A DNA stretch of 64,000 bases, from positions 62,001 to 126,000 of the forward strand of contig KZ537962.1 of the NCBI GenBank assembly GCA_000934665.2, read 5' to 3'. Source of the DNA: Catajapyx aquilonaris (taxonomy: Eukaryota). The notes below the pieces were generated by a model, which saw nothing but the letters and a program-made list of their open reading frames with translations, was not told the origin of the DNA and searched no databases. This document shows, in pieces, positions 51,301 through 64,000 of this stretch. Each line of letters begins with the position of its first letter. Within the stretch, counting starts at the first letter, position 1. The translations under genes were made by a program, and so were the position numbers.

Positions 51301-54300
51301 CAGGATCAGGCACTGAGGGAAACATAGCCCCAGATTCTGACTGGAATTCTCCAGCATAATAGAGGCTGTCACCGACGGAAGTTCATTGGCGCACTTGACA
51401 TTGGTGTGGTTCTGGCCGAACTTGGTAGAAAAGGATAGGAGCAGGAACCTCGTGCCATTGCTGCTCGGAAACGGGTTGATGGTCATTTCCAGCTCGGCGT
51501 TGTTCTGGGTATTGTTCCACCAGCTTCCTTCTGGATTGCTCTTCCTGCTCAGCCCGCACGACTCCAGCGAAGAGTTTGCTTCGGCGCTGGCGGTGTCATT
51601 CTCCAGGCAGTGCATCTCCAGATACGGTCGGACAGGGAAATACACGAACGATTCGTCATCGGAGTAGATTTCGACAGGTGGAGCCTTGTTATCCCCCTCG
51701 CTGGGACCGATTATCTGGTAGGCGGTGTTGTTGTCCTCCATCTTTCGCACGTTATAAGAGACACCGTTGACTGTCTCGATCGACGGAAGGAGTTCGGATG
51801 AGCAAACGAAACCGCAAGATTGGACCACAGCTTTTGTCTTGTTGAATGTCTCGTGCAGATGGCAGGGATATGGATCATAGCTGCTGAGGATGAATCCGTC
51901 GTAGGTGCTGTGAGGGTGACATCCTAGCCACATCGTCTTGTTGCTGGGAAATGACTTCATTTCTCGAGCGAAGGGAATCAACAGGAGTAAGGCTGCCACA
52001 CCTGCTATTATTGCTGTCATGATGGTCAGGAGAATCTGAGAAATACATTGACAGAGATTAGGAAGTTAATGGGGACAATGAAGTTAGTCAGGAGTTCGCA
52101 GTTTTGCTAAGGGATGGTACATTTATTACATTACTTGTTATGCTGTAGGAGCCTATGACAATTTGTGTGAGTGTGTGATGGAATGCCATTTATCATTGCA
52201 GGAATAATGAGATAGTAAAAATACTTACGATTGTGTAAGCTGACAATATTGACACGCAATGTGTGCCGAACAAAAAACGAAGAAAACACATTGGCGACTT
52301 TTTTTGCACATAAAGTTTGAGTAGTTAACATGCGCCGTGAAATATTGCAATGGCATAATGTGACCATGAGTTTCAATCGTGTACACTCATTGCGTAACTA
52401 CCCTCAAACGGCTCAAAGCACTATTTATTTGCATAATGGCAAGAAGTTTGATACTTTTAACGCTTCTCATTGCGTCGAGTACTGTAGAATACATGGTTAT
52501 ATTTTTCATACATAGATAAGAATATAAATATTGCGCCATATACATAAATAACGTTCTCTGACTGCGCATGAAATCGAATAATATTATTGTTTTGGATTCC
52601 AGAGTCTTTCCGTCTTGTAACTTAAGTATTCTCCTAATTATTATGTAGCGAAGAGCTGGAGCAGTTTGTTTGGCAATGCTAAGCCCTGCATATCACATGC
52701 ACTGTATATGCGTGAGCTATCATGGGGTATTTTTTAAAGATTACGTAAGAATCGCCATTGCACGCTATGGGAATAAAGGCGCCTCTCCGGGTAAAACAGC
52801 GCAAGTTTAAGGTGTACAGAAGGCGGCTATACCGAATGTTTTGATGTATATACAGAGGACACGGGTCAGATCTTATTCTCTTACGCGCACACTTGTCCGT
52901 GAGAAATTTTTGTGGTAAATTTTTCTAAAGTTACGAATGTATGTTTTTATACAGTATTTCAAAATCAAAAAATTACCAAGGAATTGTGTGGGATTATTTC
53001 GTATGGGTTTACAAATTCTTACTGAAATCACGCTGAAATTATCGCAAGAAATGTGAGAAAATGTTGGAATATAATGTAATTAAATTTTTTCATTGCCTGA
53101 TGCAGTAATTGAAATTGCTTGTATCAAAAGCATCAATCTGAAACAATGACGACATTATTATCATTAAGGTGTTATCAGGCTAGGGATGGGGTGGGCTATA
53201 TTTTGAATGACCTGATGACAATATTTCAGGGGATTTTTTTTAAACCTGATATTTGCAGTAAATTTTGTGTATCACTTGAAATCCATGATGATTGCACTGT
53301 GCATGATTAACTGGCACGCACCATTGCCCAACATTATTGTCAGTGTTTTAGCAGGATATTTGTGGCCGACCTTCTGTGTGGGCTGCACTTTTGCACACGA
53401 AGATGCTCTTTTCCCACACTTTTTTCGTGATGACACCTTTCTTCTCTGATACTGATAGCACGCTTCATTGACGTACAAACAACAGTTCCCCTAATCATGC
53501 TTGCGTCGACATTAATCACTTTCTGTACTTGGTTTTTGTGATCGCCGCCATGCTTTTTGCAAAGTCCGACTATCACAATATTTGATTGAATATAGATAAT
53601 TATAGCAGTTTGTTACTGACTTATACTTATACTACAGTAGGTTACGAATTCGAAGGTCAGGAGGCTACTTAGTCGATTCGACATTATGATGTTGTGGAAT
53701 TGTAGATACCGGTTCCTCTTGTCACCGGATGAGAAGTGAAAATAAAAGTGTATCTAACTATAGTAGCGGATGTGCACTCGAAACTTTGCAAACATTGTAA
53801 AGAATTGTAGTTTCTGTTGTCGCAAAAGCATTATTTAAATTCTATACCTTCTCACATGAAGGTTGCACTGCTTCGAGGACATTATTTCGACATGTGCACT
53901 ATATAGATGCTCTTAAAAGACTGGCCTTCACACTGACCGATGTCGATAGTAAACAAAGCAATAACTGATTTACACAAAGTCATGACAGGCAAGGGTGATC
54001 TTCACAACCGGTGATGAAAAACCTGTTCAAACTGACTCAGAGGATGCAAATTTTCTGCAAATAAGGGGTGAATTACCTTGAAGTTGCCAATGCGGTCTGC
54101 AATGATTCCAGCTATGGGAGGCCCCAATATCGCCACTATGGGAATGAAGGTTGAGCTAATGCCTGTTTCTTCTGGGGTGATTCCTAATGCTCTCATGTGA
54201 ATGGTTATGTATGGGTAGAGGACGACAAAACCTGCGGACACAAAAATGTGTTTAGCAATTGGTTAGGAATTGTGGCAATGCATAGAAACATTATCTGGAG

Positions 54301-54491
54301 GAGGTACTTTACATGTTGGACTTTTGGAGAATGACTATTTGACATAACCTGAGAGGTCTTATGGAGTGCATTTTTGTGTTATGTGCAATTTTCCACTTAC
54401 TTGCTGCTTTGAAGAAATAGAGGAGCTTCAGTGGGAGAAGCTCCCGTTGTTTGAAGTCTTTGATGAGCCGGCGGAAAGGATGGAGACGCAT
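48341..54491 (-). CDS. MFSD6-like major facilitator superfamily transporter, ~759 aa
   Basis: Exons 54491-54401, 54231-54077, 52035-51023, 50352-50189, 50128-49925, 49074-48907, 48825-48341; 2280 nt in frame. Motifs LLPLKLLYFF, LYPYITIHMRALGIT, GIIADRIGNFK (MFS motif A), DYGLQRIY, WGYIETFLFWFLEDLGA, QGIMGGMYYGVGRGAGSLLGG. Large Cys/N-glycosylation-rich loop after TM3. Probable non-coding first exon ending near 57175. Confidence 0.92.
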
Positions 54492-56012
54492 GGTTGATGC
54501 TTGTAGTTCTGCTGCCTCAAATGCTTTGTCGGGTAGTTGCTCCTTTTATTGTTTTTGACCTGGGTAAAGTCAGATATGAATATAAATATGTCTTATGGAC
54601 ATTGCATTCGTAATTTGTATTAGTTGTTTAAGATAAGCAATTTGACACTGACACACTGACACTATAATATTTTCAATGAATCATTACGGTCACGTTTGTA
54701 ATCACAATGAGGCATGCTAGAAATTAATACAGAAGTTAGTCCTGAAATTAACATTTCAGACATTATGCTTATGCTATTATTCGCGCACTGTGCCATTATT
54801 CAAAAGGGAGCGCATGCAATTGTTCGCATGATTTAGGCCTAATGCAGAGATCTGCTATCTTACCAATAAGGCACAATTTTGCATGAATTATAAAATAATT
54901 GTGGTAACATTGCTGCAGCTTTATAAAACTTCTTTCAGAATAGGCTTTAAAATGAGCACCAGTTTAATTTTCCTGGGCGACTTGTAATTTTTTTTTAGAT
55001 GGAAACACCTCCAATATTCAATGACCTTGAACGTATGAATGTGCAAGGGCTACCTTGACAAACTGCAAGTAGTGGCATTGTATAACGGTAACACAAATGC
55101 TACTGCTGGCATAAAAAATTTGTTGTATATAATCCATATTCATATACATAACGGCTTGTTCTGTACGGAGTGGCCAGAGATGTAATAACATGAGTAAACC
55201 CAGCATGCATCAGCATTTTGCCACTAATAAGAACAAAGCAGTGACTTAGACACTCCATGGTCAGGTGAACAGAGCTAATTAAAGGTCATTCACAGTTCAT
55301 TGTGATAAATATCTTGCACATTTAACACTGCACGCACGATCGTAATCAATTGCAGCACTGGCACAGTGGCACGGCATTACTTCCTCTATAAGTTGACCCT
55401 ACAACATGAGATTAGATAATTCGGTTATGTTCACTATACACACAGTTCACATTGTCACCCAAGACGAGTAAGTGGAGGCTAATATTTTCTGCAGATTTGA
55501 TAGTGAATACTGCCTGTGAATTATTCTCAAACATTTTATTTTACTGCAGCAGTGCAGTATGGGTAGAGCGACGGGTAGAGCCTTGGTCTGCCTGACCTCC
55601 ACAGCATGGGACTGTGAAATTACTGTCATTGGCCTTTAGTGACGGAGGGTTTACATTTTTGTAATCCTTCCGTACGTTACAGTTTGACAGCAGCTTATTC
55701 ATTAGATAATATTGGTAGTGTCAGATAATAACTTAATGACAATGCTGTAATCATCTGGAAAGTTGAGCGATAGTACCATTTCGTAGAATGTTATTATGAA
55801 TGACTCTGTAAGTCCGAAATTCTTGTGAATATGTTCGAGAGCCTGAATAGTGCATAATAATTAGGAAAGTATGACCTATATTCTATAAAGCAGTGATGGA
55901 AAAATGCCGAACGTTATTTCATTGCAAGCCTTTTTCCACAGGATTTGGCCCTTGACGTAGTCTCATATGTGTCATTACGACGATATTTGATGCGCCTTGG
56001 GCTACATCGCTT

Positions 56013-56078
56013 TGAACTGGTTTTATAGCGGTTTTATAACCAATGTGAACTGGTTTTATAGCGGTTTTATAACCAATG
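56013..56078. repeat. Perfect 33-bp tandem duplication
   Basis: TGAACTGGTTTTATAGCGGTTTTATAACCAATG occurs twice (56013-56045 and 56046-56078). Confidence 0.95.
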
Positions 56079-59061
56079 TAAACACCCTTGCGACTCTCAT
56101 TCGTGATGGAGGCACGAATTTTTTTGCTCAATCCTTTGCAGACATGTACTGTACCGCACTCCTAATATTACATGCATCACTGGATCACGTAAATTACCTC
56201 CGATGACGTAGAACAATAATTATTTTGTACGTGATCTACGTATTAGTTACTTTCGTTTGATGTTGTTAATTCCCATATAATCTACGTCAGACGTTTACAC
56301 GTAGTAAATTAATCCGTAGATGATTCAGATTCAGGAAACCTTACAGGTTAACTAGTTTTCTAATCAGTGTACAATTTATTTCGATACCTACAACAACAAT
56401 ACCATCACGACATTTCCCTGTATTTGGAGTAGTCAGCGATGAAGGAGACCAAATATTAATAATTTATATTAAGGGGTGAATATCTCACATTCACATACGT
56501 ATATGTGTAATTATGTGAATAGTCGAATGTTGTAGTTATAAAATTAATGTAAGCAAAAATTTCATCGACAAGTTAACTATGGTGGAAATTGCCGGCGTGA
56601 CAAAGAATAAATGATTTAGTTCATTACGACTCACACATTTTGTGAACAAATTATTGTTCATAATAAACTAAATCATAAATTAGCGTTATTATTTCAATGG
56701 CGCAATGTTAAACGGATGAAGAAAGGAATTTGCATACTTCAATAATTTCGTCTCTACATTCCTATCTGTCAATATGGCATTAAGTCATTGTAATTTATTG
56801 TCACTATACTCCCAAGTAATGAATATTCATCAGATAATATTACCATTATAATAAACTTCGATTACGTTGAAGGAGCTGATTGTTATGACAATGCGAGACT
56901 TCAATGATCTCTTGGTACAGTTCTAGGCAATAAGCACCACGAGAATTTTTTCAAGAGAAAAGTGCAGTCCAGGTAAAAATGAACTGTCATCTTCACACGT
57001 GTGTTCACTGACAATTAATAGAACTAAATTATTCGAGCAAACAAATTCCTTCCCTGACAAGCATTACGTCAATGTCCTGAAAAGTCATGTGACATCCGTA
57101 TGTTAATTAATCTCGCGTCTCGCATCAGTTAATAATAATATCATACTACTATTAAAGCACAAGTCCAACTCACCTGTGACGATAGCAGCAGACATGTCCA
57201 CGAGCGTCACATGAGGAATTGGCAAAAAGAAGATGAGACGTGGATGGGTAGCAGCTTCTGAATGAGGATACATGTACTGGGTGAGTTCTGTAAAATGCTA
57301 TTCTGCCTCCCCCTCCCCAGTCCCCTTGCCTTTTTTTTCTTTATATTTTCTGTCTGACTATAGCATAGCAAAATGCACATCGTCATTTCAAGGGTGCGAA
57401 TAATCTAAGCACGGCATCCTCACAACCTTGATCGTGACTCGGCCGGGGATGCTGTACAATTCACCTGCTGTTCATATGGAATTGTATTTGGAAAAGGAAA
57501 ACATTGGTTTGCAGGATATTTGTTTCTTGCATATAATAATGTAAAATCCGGTTTTATAGGGAAGAGCGTTTTAGTAGTGGAGGTAAATATTTTCGGAAGC
57601 GGCGCATTGCATTCCTGTGTGGAAGGCGAGTATTTCTTAGGATTTCAAGTTTTCCAAACTATTGTATGAATGAAACAAAAGGCGATAGTGTCTTTCAGAA
57701 ATGAGCTACAACAATGTAATCTGTCCAGTGAAGTCACCCATTGTATGGTTTTGCTCAGATTATGTGACGCGAGAACTCTGTCTCATTTCATTAGACATAG
57801 TTTCATTATAATGAAGGGAATTAGTGATAATAAATTGATAGTAGGCTACATTATCGGAGTTACATACAGAATCTAACTAACACAAATCATACACATGTAA
57901 GTATGCGTCTCTCAAGATCTCTGTCATACTCTTATTTTTCTGGAATTTTTCTTCTCATTACCTTCGCCAATCCAGACAAATATTACTCCAGTGATATTTT
58001 TACATTATGTATTCATTGTAACAACTAGATAAAGTAATAGAGTGAAACCTGTCTATAACAGATCCCAAGAGCAGTAGAAACTTGCTAGGGAACTTTTGTT
58101 TACTGTGGTGAGTACAGAATATTTCCAGTGTATTTCTGTTGTGTTACAGGAACTTGCTGGCATAGACAATGTTTTGGGGAATGGATCGTCATCTCCATTA
58201 TGGACACATTATTTTTTATTGTACTATTCTCAGAATGTTGCACATCTTGAGTGAAAAGGACATATCATAATTTAGTGAGAATGCTGTTAACTCTACGAGA
58301 TACTGTGCATACAAAAGTTTGATATAATATATTTATCATAGGTAGAACTAACCCTATGCCTCATTTCACTTAATATGTTTCACATGTTCTTCTGGTCATC
58401 TTGACCTTGATGGCTTTGAGTCATTTAGCCAAGCATTTAGCAGTACCTGTAAAGGTGTTTCTAGGTCTTTAATATTGTTGTTGGAGATGAGAAAATTTGC
58501 AATTCACAATATCCTACACCTAAAAAGCAACAAGTTGCACCAATTAATACAAATCCCAACCATTAATTACAACCCACTATATTTGAGGCAAGTTCAAATA
58601 AGTAGTAGGCCAATGATTGTATCAAATATGACCTCATCAAGTGATCTGAACTTGCTGCTCACATCAGTTTTTACACAAATACCTTCCATTACGCAACAGT
58701 TGTAGATCTAAAAACCTCCTATCAGGCAGTGCTTAGTAACATGCGATTGTCAATATATCTGGAAAAACATGGGAGTGTGGAGACTAAGGGGAGCACTCGA
58801 CAATGATCATCTAGCAGGTTGAATTGCTGAGATTTTATGCCCACTGTTGGACTTGACATACGTAGGCCCCTACATCTATCCAAAAAGTGATGCTTCAAAC
58901 AACCTTCTAAAAAATACTCCAGTCTCAGGTCTGCTACAGAACTGTATGATGTCTTGAAGCTGATAATTTTTCGACGTACCTCATTATGTCAAAGAAAGAT
59001 TGATGCCACAGGCAAAGATGTAGCTGTAAAAGAGCAGGGCCAACCAAATCTATGGAATATG

Positions 59062-59316
59062 TGAGGGGCGTCAGATCAAAGGCAGCCGTCCATTTTTGGG
59101 GGGTGTAACACAAATACGTCCAGCAATAATGTATTTTAATGTCACTTGGTATTAATTGCACATTTGCGTATGTGGCTGAGCCGTGGCAACATCTGGACAC
59201 AAGAAGATTCAAGATTGTACCAGTGAAAGTTAAGTAATCAGCAGTTTTTGCTGATTTTACGACCAGTTTTTTTTATATTTAAATTTACTTAGCCGCCTTT
59301 GATCTGAGACACCTCA
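59062..59316. mobile_element. ~255-bp MITE-like element, probably Tc1/mariner-derived
   Basis: Terminal inverted repeats TGAGGGGCGTCAGATCAAAGGCAGC and GCCGCCTTTGATCTGAGACACCTCA; no coding capacity. Confidence 0.6.
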
Positions 59317-59928
59317 TGTAACACAGGCAACATTTTCACAACCAAAAATATTAATTGACACCCCTGAAACTATATTTAGCGTGAGTGCCCTTGCACAAAC
59401 ATTTCCACTTATTGCTTCAACATCCTCAATGAAAGGAAAATATGAGATGTTGTGCCACATCCGAGATTTTAATTCCTGTAATTCCTCACCCTGACCTCAA
59501 ACTATAAATATATTTTAAAGTTTGGAACACGAGAACCTTCAGGAGGAGTGTAATTTTCAAGCCTACTTGATCTTGTAATTCATACATCAATTCAGACTTA
59601 CCTGATTCCTGAAATTATGTAATTGTTTGCAAATTGAGAAGTACCAAATGAAGACTTGCACAAGAGGCCTCTTAATGAGCTGAGAGGCTTATTTACACCA
59701 ATGCTGGAATATATAAAAATTGCCACCTCATTGGTCTTAATTTGTGATATTCAATTATATAAATCAGGGGGTCAGAGAATCCCTTCAATTACTACTCAAC
59801 TAGTCAAATACTTGAATGTTTATTTGCCATCAGACTGTATATAAGAGTAATCTGATCACAGAGCCACGCTCTGAAGATGGAATGAGCCTTCATCTTGGAA
59901 TGACTAGACATTTTGCCTTAAACATTTC

Positions 59929-62900
59929 TCACTGCAACATCTTGAAAAAGTACTCCACCTGAAATTAAAAATAGGGTTTTAATGCAAATAACTGATTCTA
60001 TTTGCATGTTGGTTCACATCTGTGCTGGTGGAAATCTCAAACAGGTACAAGGAGCGGAAGGGCCAAAGGCACATTTTCTCATGTCACCTCCCCTCTTTTG
60101 TAGTCAGGGGTGGGGGGTGGGGAACAGAAACTTAACATATAAGCATATGCAACATTTTCACCAATGCAGATGTGAGCTGAAATCTGTTGCACACAGTATG
60201 AGGGGTGTTTGACAAATAGTGAGCCTACCTATGAAGGCTGGAGTTGTCCCGGGTGAATGGCACTTAAGCACTTCTTTAATTAGTCCTCCTGGACTGTGAT
60301 TGTACTTCTCCCAGCAGTGGTCCAGATTTTTATCCCTTTGTGGAAAAATTACTTGTCTTGGTCATCCACCATTTACGGGCAGAATCCATGTGGTTGTCGT
60401 CACTGTTGAAACGCTCTTCTTCCAGGTGTCCTACGAGTGTTGGGAACAGGTGATAGTCATATGGTGTCACCCAACAATTTGGTGCAATCAGACTATCACC
60501 TGTTCCCAACACTACTGAAAGAACAGGGTTTCAACAGTGATGCTGCCGTCATGGATGCTGTTCATAAATGGTGTGATGACCAAGACAAATCATTATTTCG
60601 CGAAGGGACAAAAAATCTGGACCACTGCTGGGAGAAGTCCAATCACAGTCCAGGAGGTCTAATTAAAGAAGTACTAAAGTGCCATTCAACTCCTTCATAG
60701 GTAGGCTTACTATTGATCAAACACCCCTCGTCGAATGTCATGGACACACTCACCTCCATCAGTCCATCTTCAGGCAAATCAGTGCAGTGTATGGCATTTT
60801 GTATCTTGTCCTTCCCATACTTTGCCCTCAGAGTATCAGGCCTCAGCTTCCTAGCAACATCCTGATGAGGAAAATCACAACCTTGCCTACTACTCTTTGT
60901 GTAATCACCTCTTTCACACAGCAAGGAATGAAAAGTGTCAGATACTCTAATTAAAATGTGAGATTGGGTATGATTCACCCTAGATTCACCTGGGAATCAA
61001 GTTCTAAACTCATGGGATTCACTGGATTATTTGATCAATATACTCATTCTGGGTTTTGATTTAAGGAAGATTAGAGGGAAGCCTAGGTTATTTCACACCT
61101 ACATGCCTGGTATTTACTTCATTACCTTAAAACAGTAATATCATGTAACTTTGCAATTGGAAATGGAGAAGACGACAGGAAAGAAACCAAAGGCTGGAAG
61201 ATTGATTTGTTGTGGTTCATTGGGAAAGCTCAGACAACTAATGACATGAGAAATGGGTGGAGATGGATAGGGAAAGAAGGGTTTTTGGACAGCAGATGGA
61301 GATGACAGAATCCGGTGAAGTCTCATGCAAATCCAGAAAGAATTTCATGTTAATCTTCCCACAGCAAAAAAGTCCTTTATCCAATCCCGAGATTGAACTT
61401 GGAATCTCCAGGTGCAGCTGTGCAATACAGAACACATATCACATATGATCAATCTTGACAATATAGTAATAATACTAATGCAGTGCGTGATTTTGATTAT
61501 GATATTCTATCTGTGATTTTTGATTGCAATTTGTGATTTGCTATTTTCAATGTGTGGCATGTGATATTTATGCAAACAACAATTTTCTATATGAAAATCC
61601 TGAAATCACCCATCCCTACCTCTAGGAGTGGAAGGCTGTGATGTCAGCCATTACACCATAGCCATGAAAGAGGGAGGAGAGGAGAGATGAAGGAGAAAAG
61701 AGGGGCGCCAATTGACAGGAGATATTTGGGGCAGTTAGCTTAAAGAGCTCCAGATAATTATGGTCACACTGTGACATAGGTGCAACTCTGAGTCACTTCC
61801 CACTGTGGCTGAGTCTAAAATGCGTGTGGGCACTCATTCAACTATTATAAGGCTTCCTCACTTGTATGGAGGAAAACAATGAGGATGCTTCTCTGATTCA
61901 CCTTTGTAAAGAAGTATAAATATTACACTAAAGAGTAACAACTTACCGGATCCATAGGACCCACGTAATCTCTAAATGCCAAAGGAGTACTTTCACATTC
62001 ACTTGTAATCTCAATGGCTACACAGGGTCCTGAACTTAGATGATTCGCCATGGACTGTAAAATCAGATATCAATTATTGTCACTCACTGTCTAAGTAGTA
62101 TAATAGGCAAATGATATTGATCTCTAAAACTAACGGTGTATTCCATGAGAACATCCTTGTACACCTCGTAGAATTCTGCTGCATCCACATGCTCCATATG
62201 GAACATCTGCAGTGCTGTCAGTTTGAAGCCCTTCATCTGTATGTCCCTCACGATTTGTCCCAAAAATTTATCTCTGATCACATGTGGTTTCAAAATGCAG
62301 CAGGTGCAGTTGGTGAAGCGAGCAGATGTTATGGGGGCCCGCATTTTAGCCTCCTTGGTGTCAGGGAAAAAGAACCGCAACTCCTAGAAATACAATGCAA
62401 AGTCATGCTCTGCAGTTCAGGGGCCATCCCTTTTTAGCTGGCCCACATGGTTATCCTACAGAAATCATGTGAGCCTGCTAAAATGCAGTGGCCACAGAAT
62501 CTATATCTTAAGTGAATTATAACGATCAATTATTATCAGTCTGCAAAACTACATGCTCTTTTCTCTTGTGCTTGGCAAGGTCAGTGATTATCATGCATAC
62601 ACCTTTTCAAGAGAAAATAAACCCATTTCTTTTTAACTGATTACTGATAATGATACAGAACAAGTGGTTGATTCTTGTCTTTCAATAATAGCAATAAACT
62701 AAACCTGCCACTTGTTCAGGATCCACCATTGATTGTGCATCCCACCATTAAGATCAGCAGCCTCAGGAAAGAGTCAACTTACCCTCAATGCAGCTTGTGG
62801 GCTGTCTGAGCCATGAGCTGCATTGCGTGTAGTATCGGCTCCAAACCTGGCCCGGACAGATTCAGGGGCCTCTTCCTTTGCCTTTAGTGAGTCTGTGGGC

Positions 62901-63953
62901 CCCAAGATATCCCTCCATATTTGCACTGCATTCTCCCTGACTAGTTCCAAGGCAAGGACTGGCCCAGATGTTAAATACTTGATCAGGTTGCTGTCAATAA
63001 TATTACATATCATTTCAAACCAAATTTCAACCCAACTTCATATCAAATCCCTTGCAACAACAATATTTGGTGAAGAAACATATTTTGTGGCTGAAGCCTG
63101 GCAAAGGAATGTGGGTAGTGATGTCGGTAGCATTTAATTGTCAGTGTCATTGTCGCCATTGTCACTTCAGCAGCCAAGTTACAATACTACTACTGTAACA
63201 ATATTTGCCAAGAGCAATACTTGCTTCTAAAGGTTTTTAACACTGCAGTAAGATGGAAGGCCCCAAACTGCTGGATTATTGTAGACTTTGCAGGCTCCCT
63301 GGGTACCCTCAATCCCCCCTGAACATTGTTACATCTCTGCAACTACGACAGCAACATTGTTGCTCCAAGCATATGGGAGTTTTGGAAGTGTAAAGTTGTA
63401 GGCGGATACAAACACCTTCATATGCTAGGGCACCAAACACTGCCATTCCCCTTCTTTCTTGTTTGGAATGATTTGGTTTCCATGAAAATGTCACCATACA
63501 AATTACTAAGTGCAAGACTCGATGTGCATCCTGGATCCCACACCCCAGTATGTAGCACCAATTCTTATTGATTATTCTCTCTCCATGACAGGGAAGTTTA
63601 CCAAACTGGCTGGCACTGCCCTCCTGCTCCCATCCCGATCCCTACAACTGACTTACAAGTGGCCATCCAAATAATAACATTCCTCATGAAATCTGCACAA
63701 ATCACCATCCGGGAACATAGGCCCATATTTCAGAAAGTCCTGCACCAAATTGGGAGTCTACAACAATCCAGCTCTTTCTCTGCTGCATTACCTGTAAAAG
63801 GGTTTGTCTCGATGCTCTATGTAGAACTCTCTTGCCATGTCTGCATTTAGAATGGCCATCTTTGCACGTGATACACGGAAGCCATGCAGATTCATCACAA
63901 CCAAGATCTCACCCATGTTATCCATTGCATCTGGCTTGATCATTGCAAAGGTC
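59929..63953 (-). CDS. NME7: Nucleoside diphosphate kinase 7 (two NDK domains); 5' part lies outside the window
   Basis: Exons 63953-63792, 62990-62783, 62383-62135, 62054-61947, 60861-60754, 59958-59929. Domain A: RTFAMIKPDA...SGPVLALEL...RNAAHGSDS. Domain B: CTCCILKPH...AAEFYEVYK...SGPCVAIEI...QNAIHCTDLPEDGLMEVEYFFKMLQ*. Confidence 0.95.
60199..60730. mobile_element. Palindromic mariner-derived element (two inverted transposase 3' ends) in the last NME7 intron
   Basis: Outer ends TGAGGGGTGTTTGA and TCAAACACCCCTCG (TA on the left flank). Both arms translate to decayed mariner C-termini (YDYHLFPTLVGHLEEERFNSDD...; SDYHLFPTL...GFNSDAAVMDAVHKWCDDQDKSLFREGTKNLDHCWEK). Perfect 23-bp inner IR at 60436-60458 / 60491-60513. 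Confidence 0.9.
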
Positions 63954-64000
63954 CTAGATGGGGTGGGAAGAGTAGTTATTTAACTTTACAAGTTCAATAT

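Noticed and set aside
1..64000. CRISPR arrays, rRNA, operons, intact transposases or retroelements
   Set aside because: None seen; the window is spliced eukaryotic DNA with only decayed DNA-transposon remnants.

Overview
Eukaryotic, intron-rich DNA. It looks arthropod-like, judged from gene content and TATA/TCAGT core promoters; the species cannot be determined. From left to right: (1) a complete 5-exon Nodal modulator (NOMO) gene (+, 233-4895); (2) a tRNA-Glu(CTC) gene with an unusual G at T-loop position 58; (3) four small genes (A and B on +, C and D on -) encoding signal peptide + hydrophobic segment + a four-Cys C-terminal domain resembling DM4/DM12 (PF07841), with conserved phase-2 introns; (4) upstream of D, two (possibly three) orphan signal-peptide exons that end in phase-2 donors and have no Cys-domain exons of their own. 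They fit in frame onto D's last two exons, suggesting a variable-first-exon/constant-exon locus; this is the most interesting signal. (5) About 14 kb without recognisable genes, containing hairpins and MITE-like elements; (6) a ~770-aa Tyr/Pro/Gln-rich signal-peptide + TM protein (-); (7) a 7-coding-exon MFSD6-like transporter (-); (8) the 3' part of NME7 (-), whose last intron holds a ~530-bp palindrome made of two mariner 3' ends. Gene models were spliced by hand from GT-AG sites and reading frames; family assignments come from motif recognition, not database searches.
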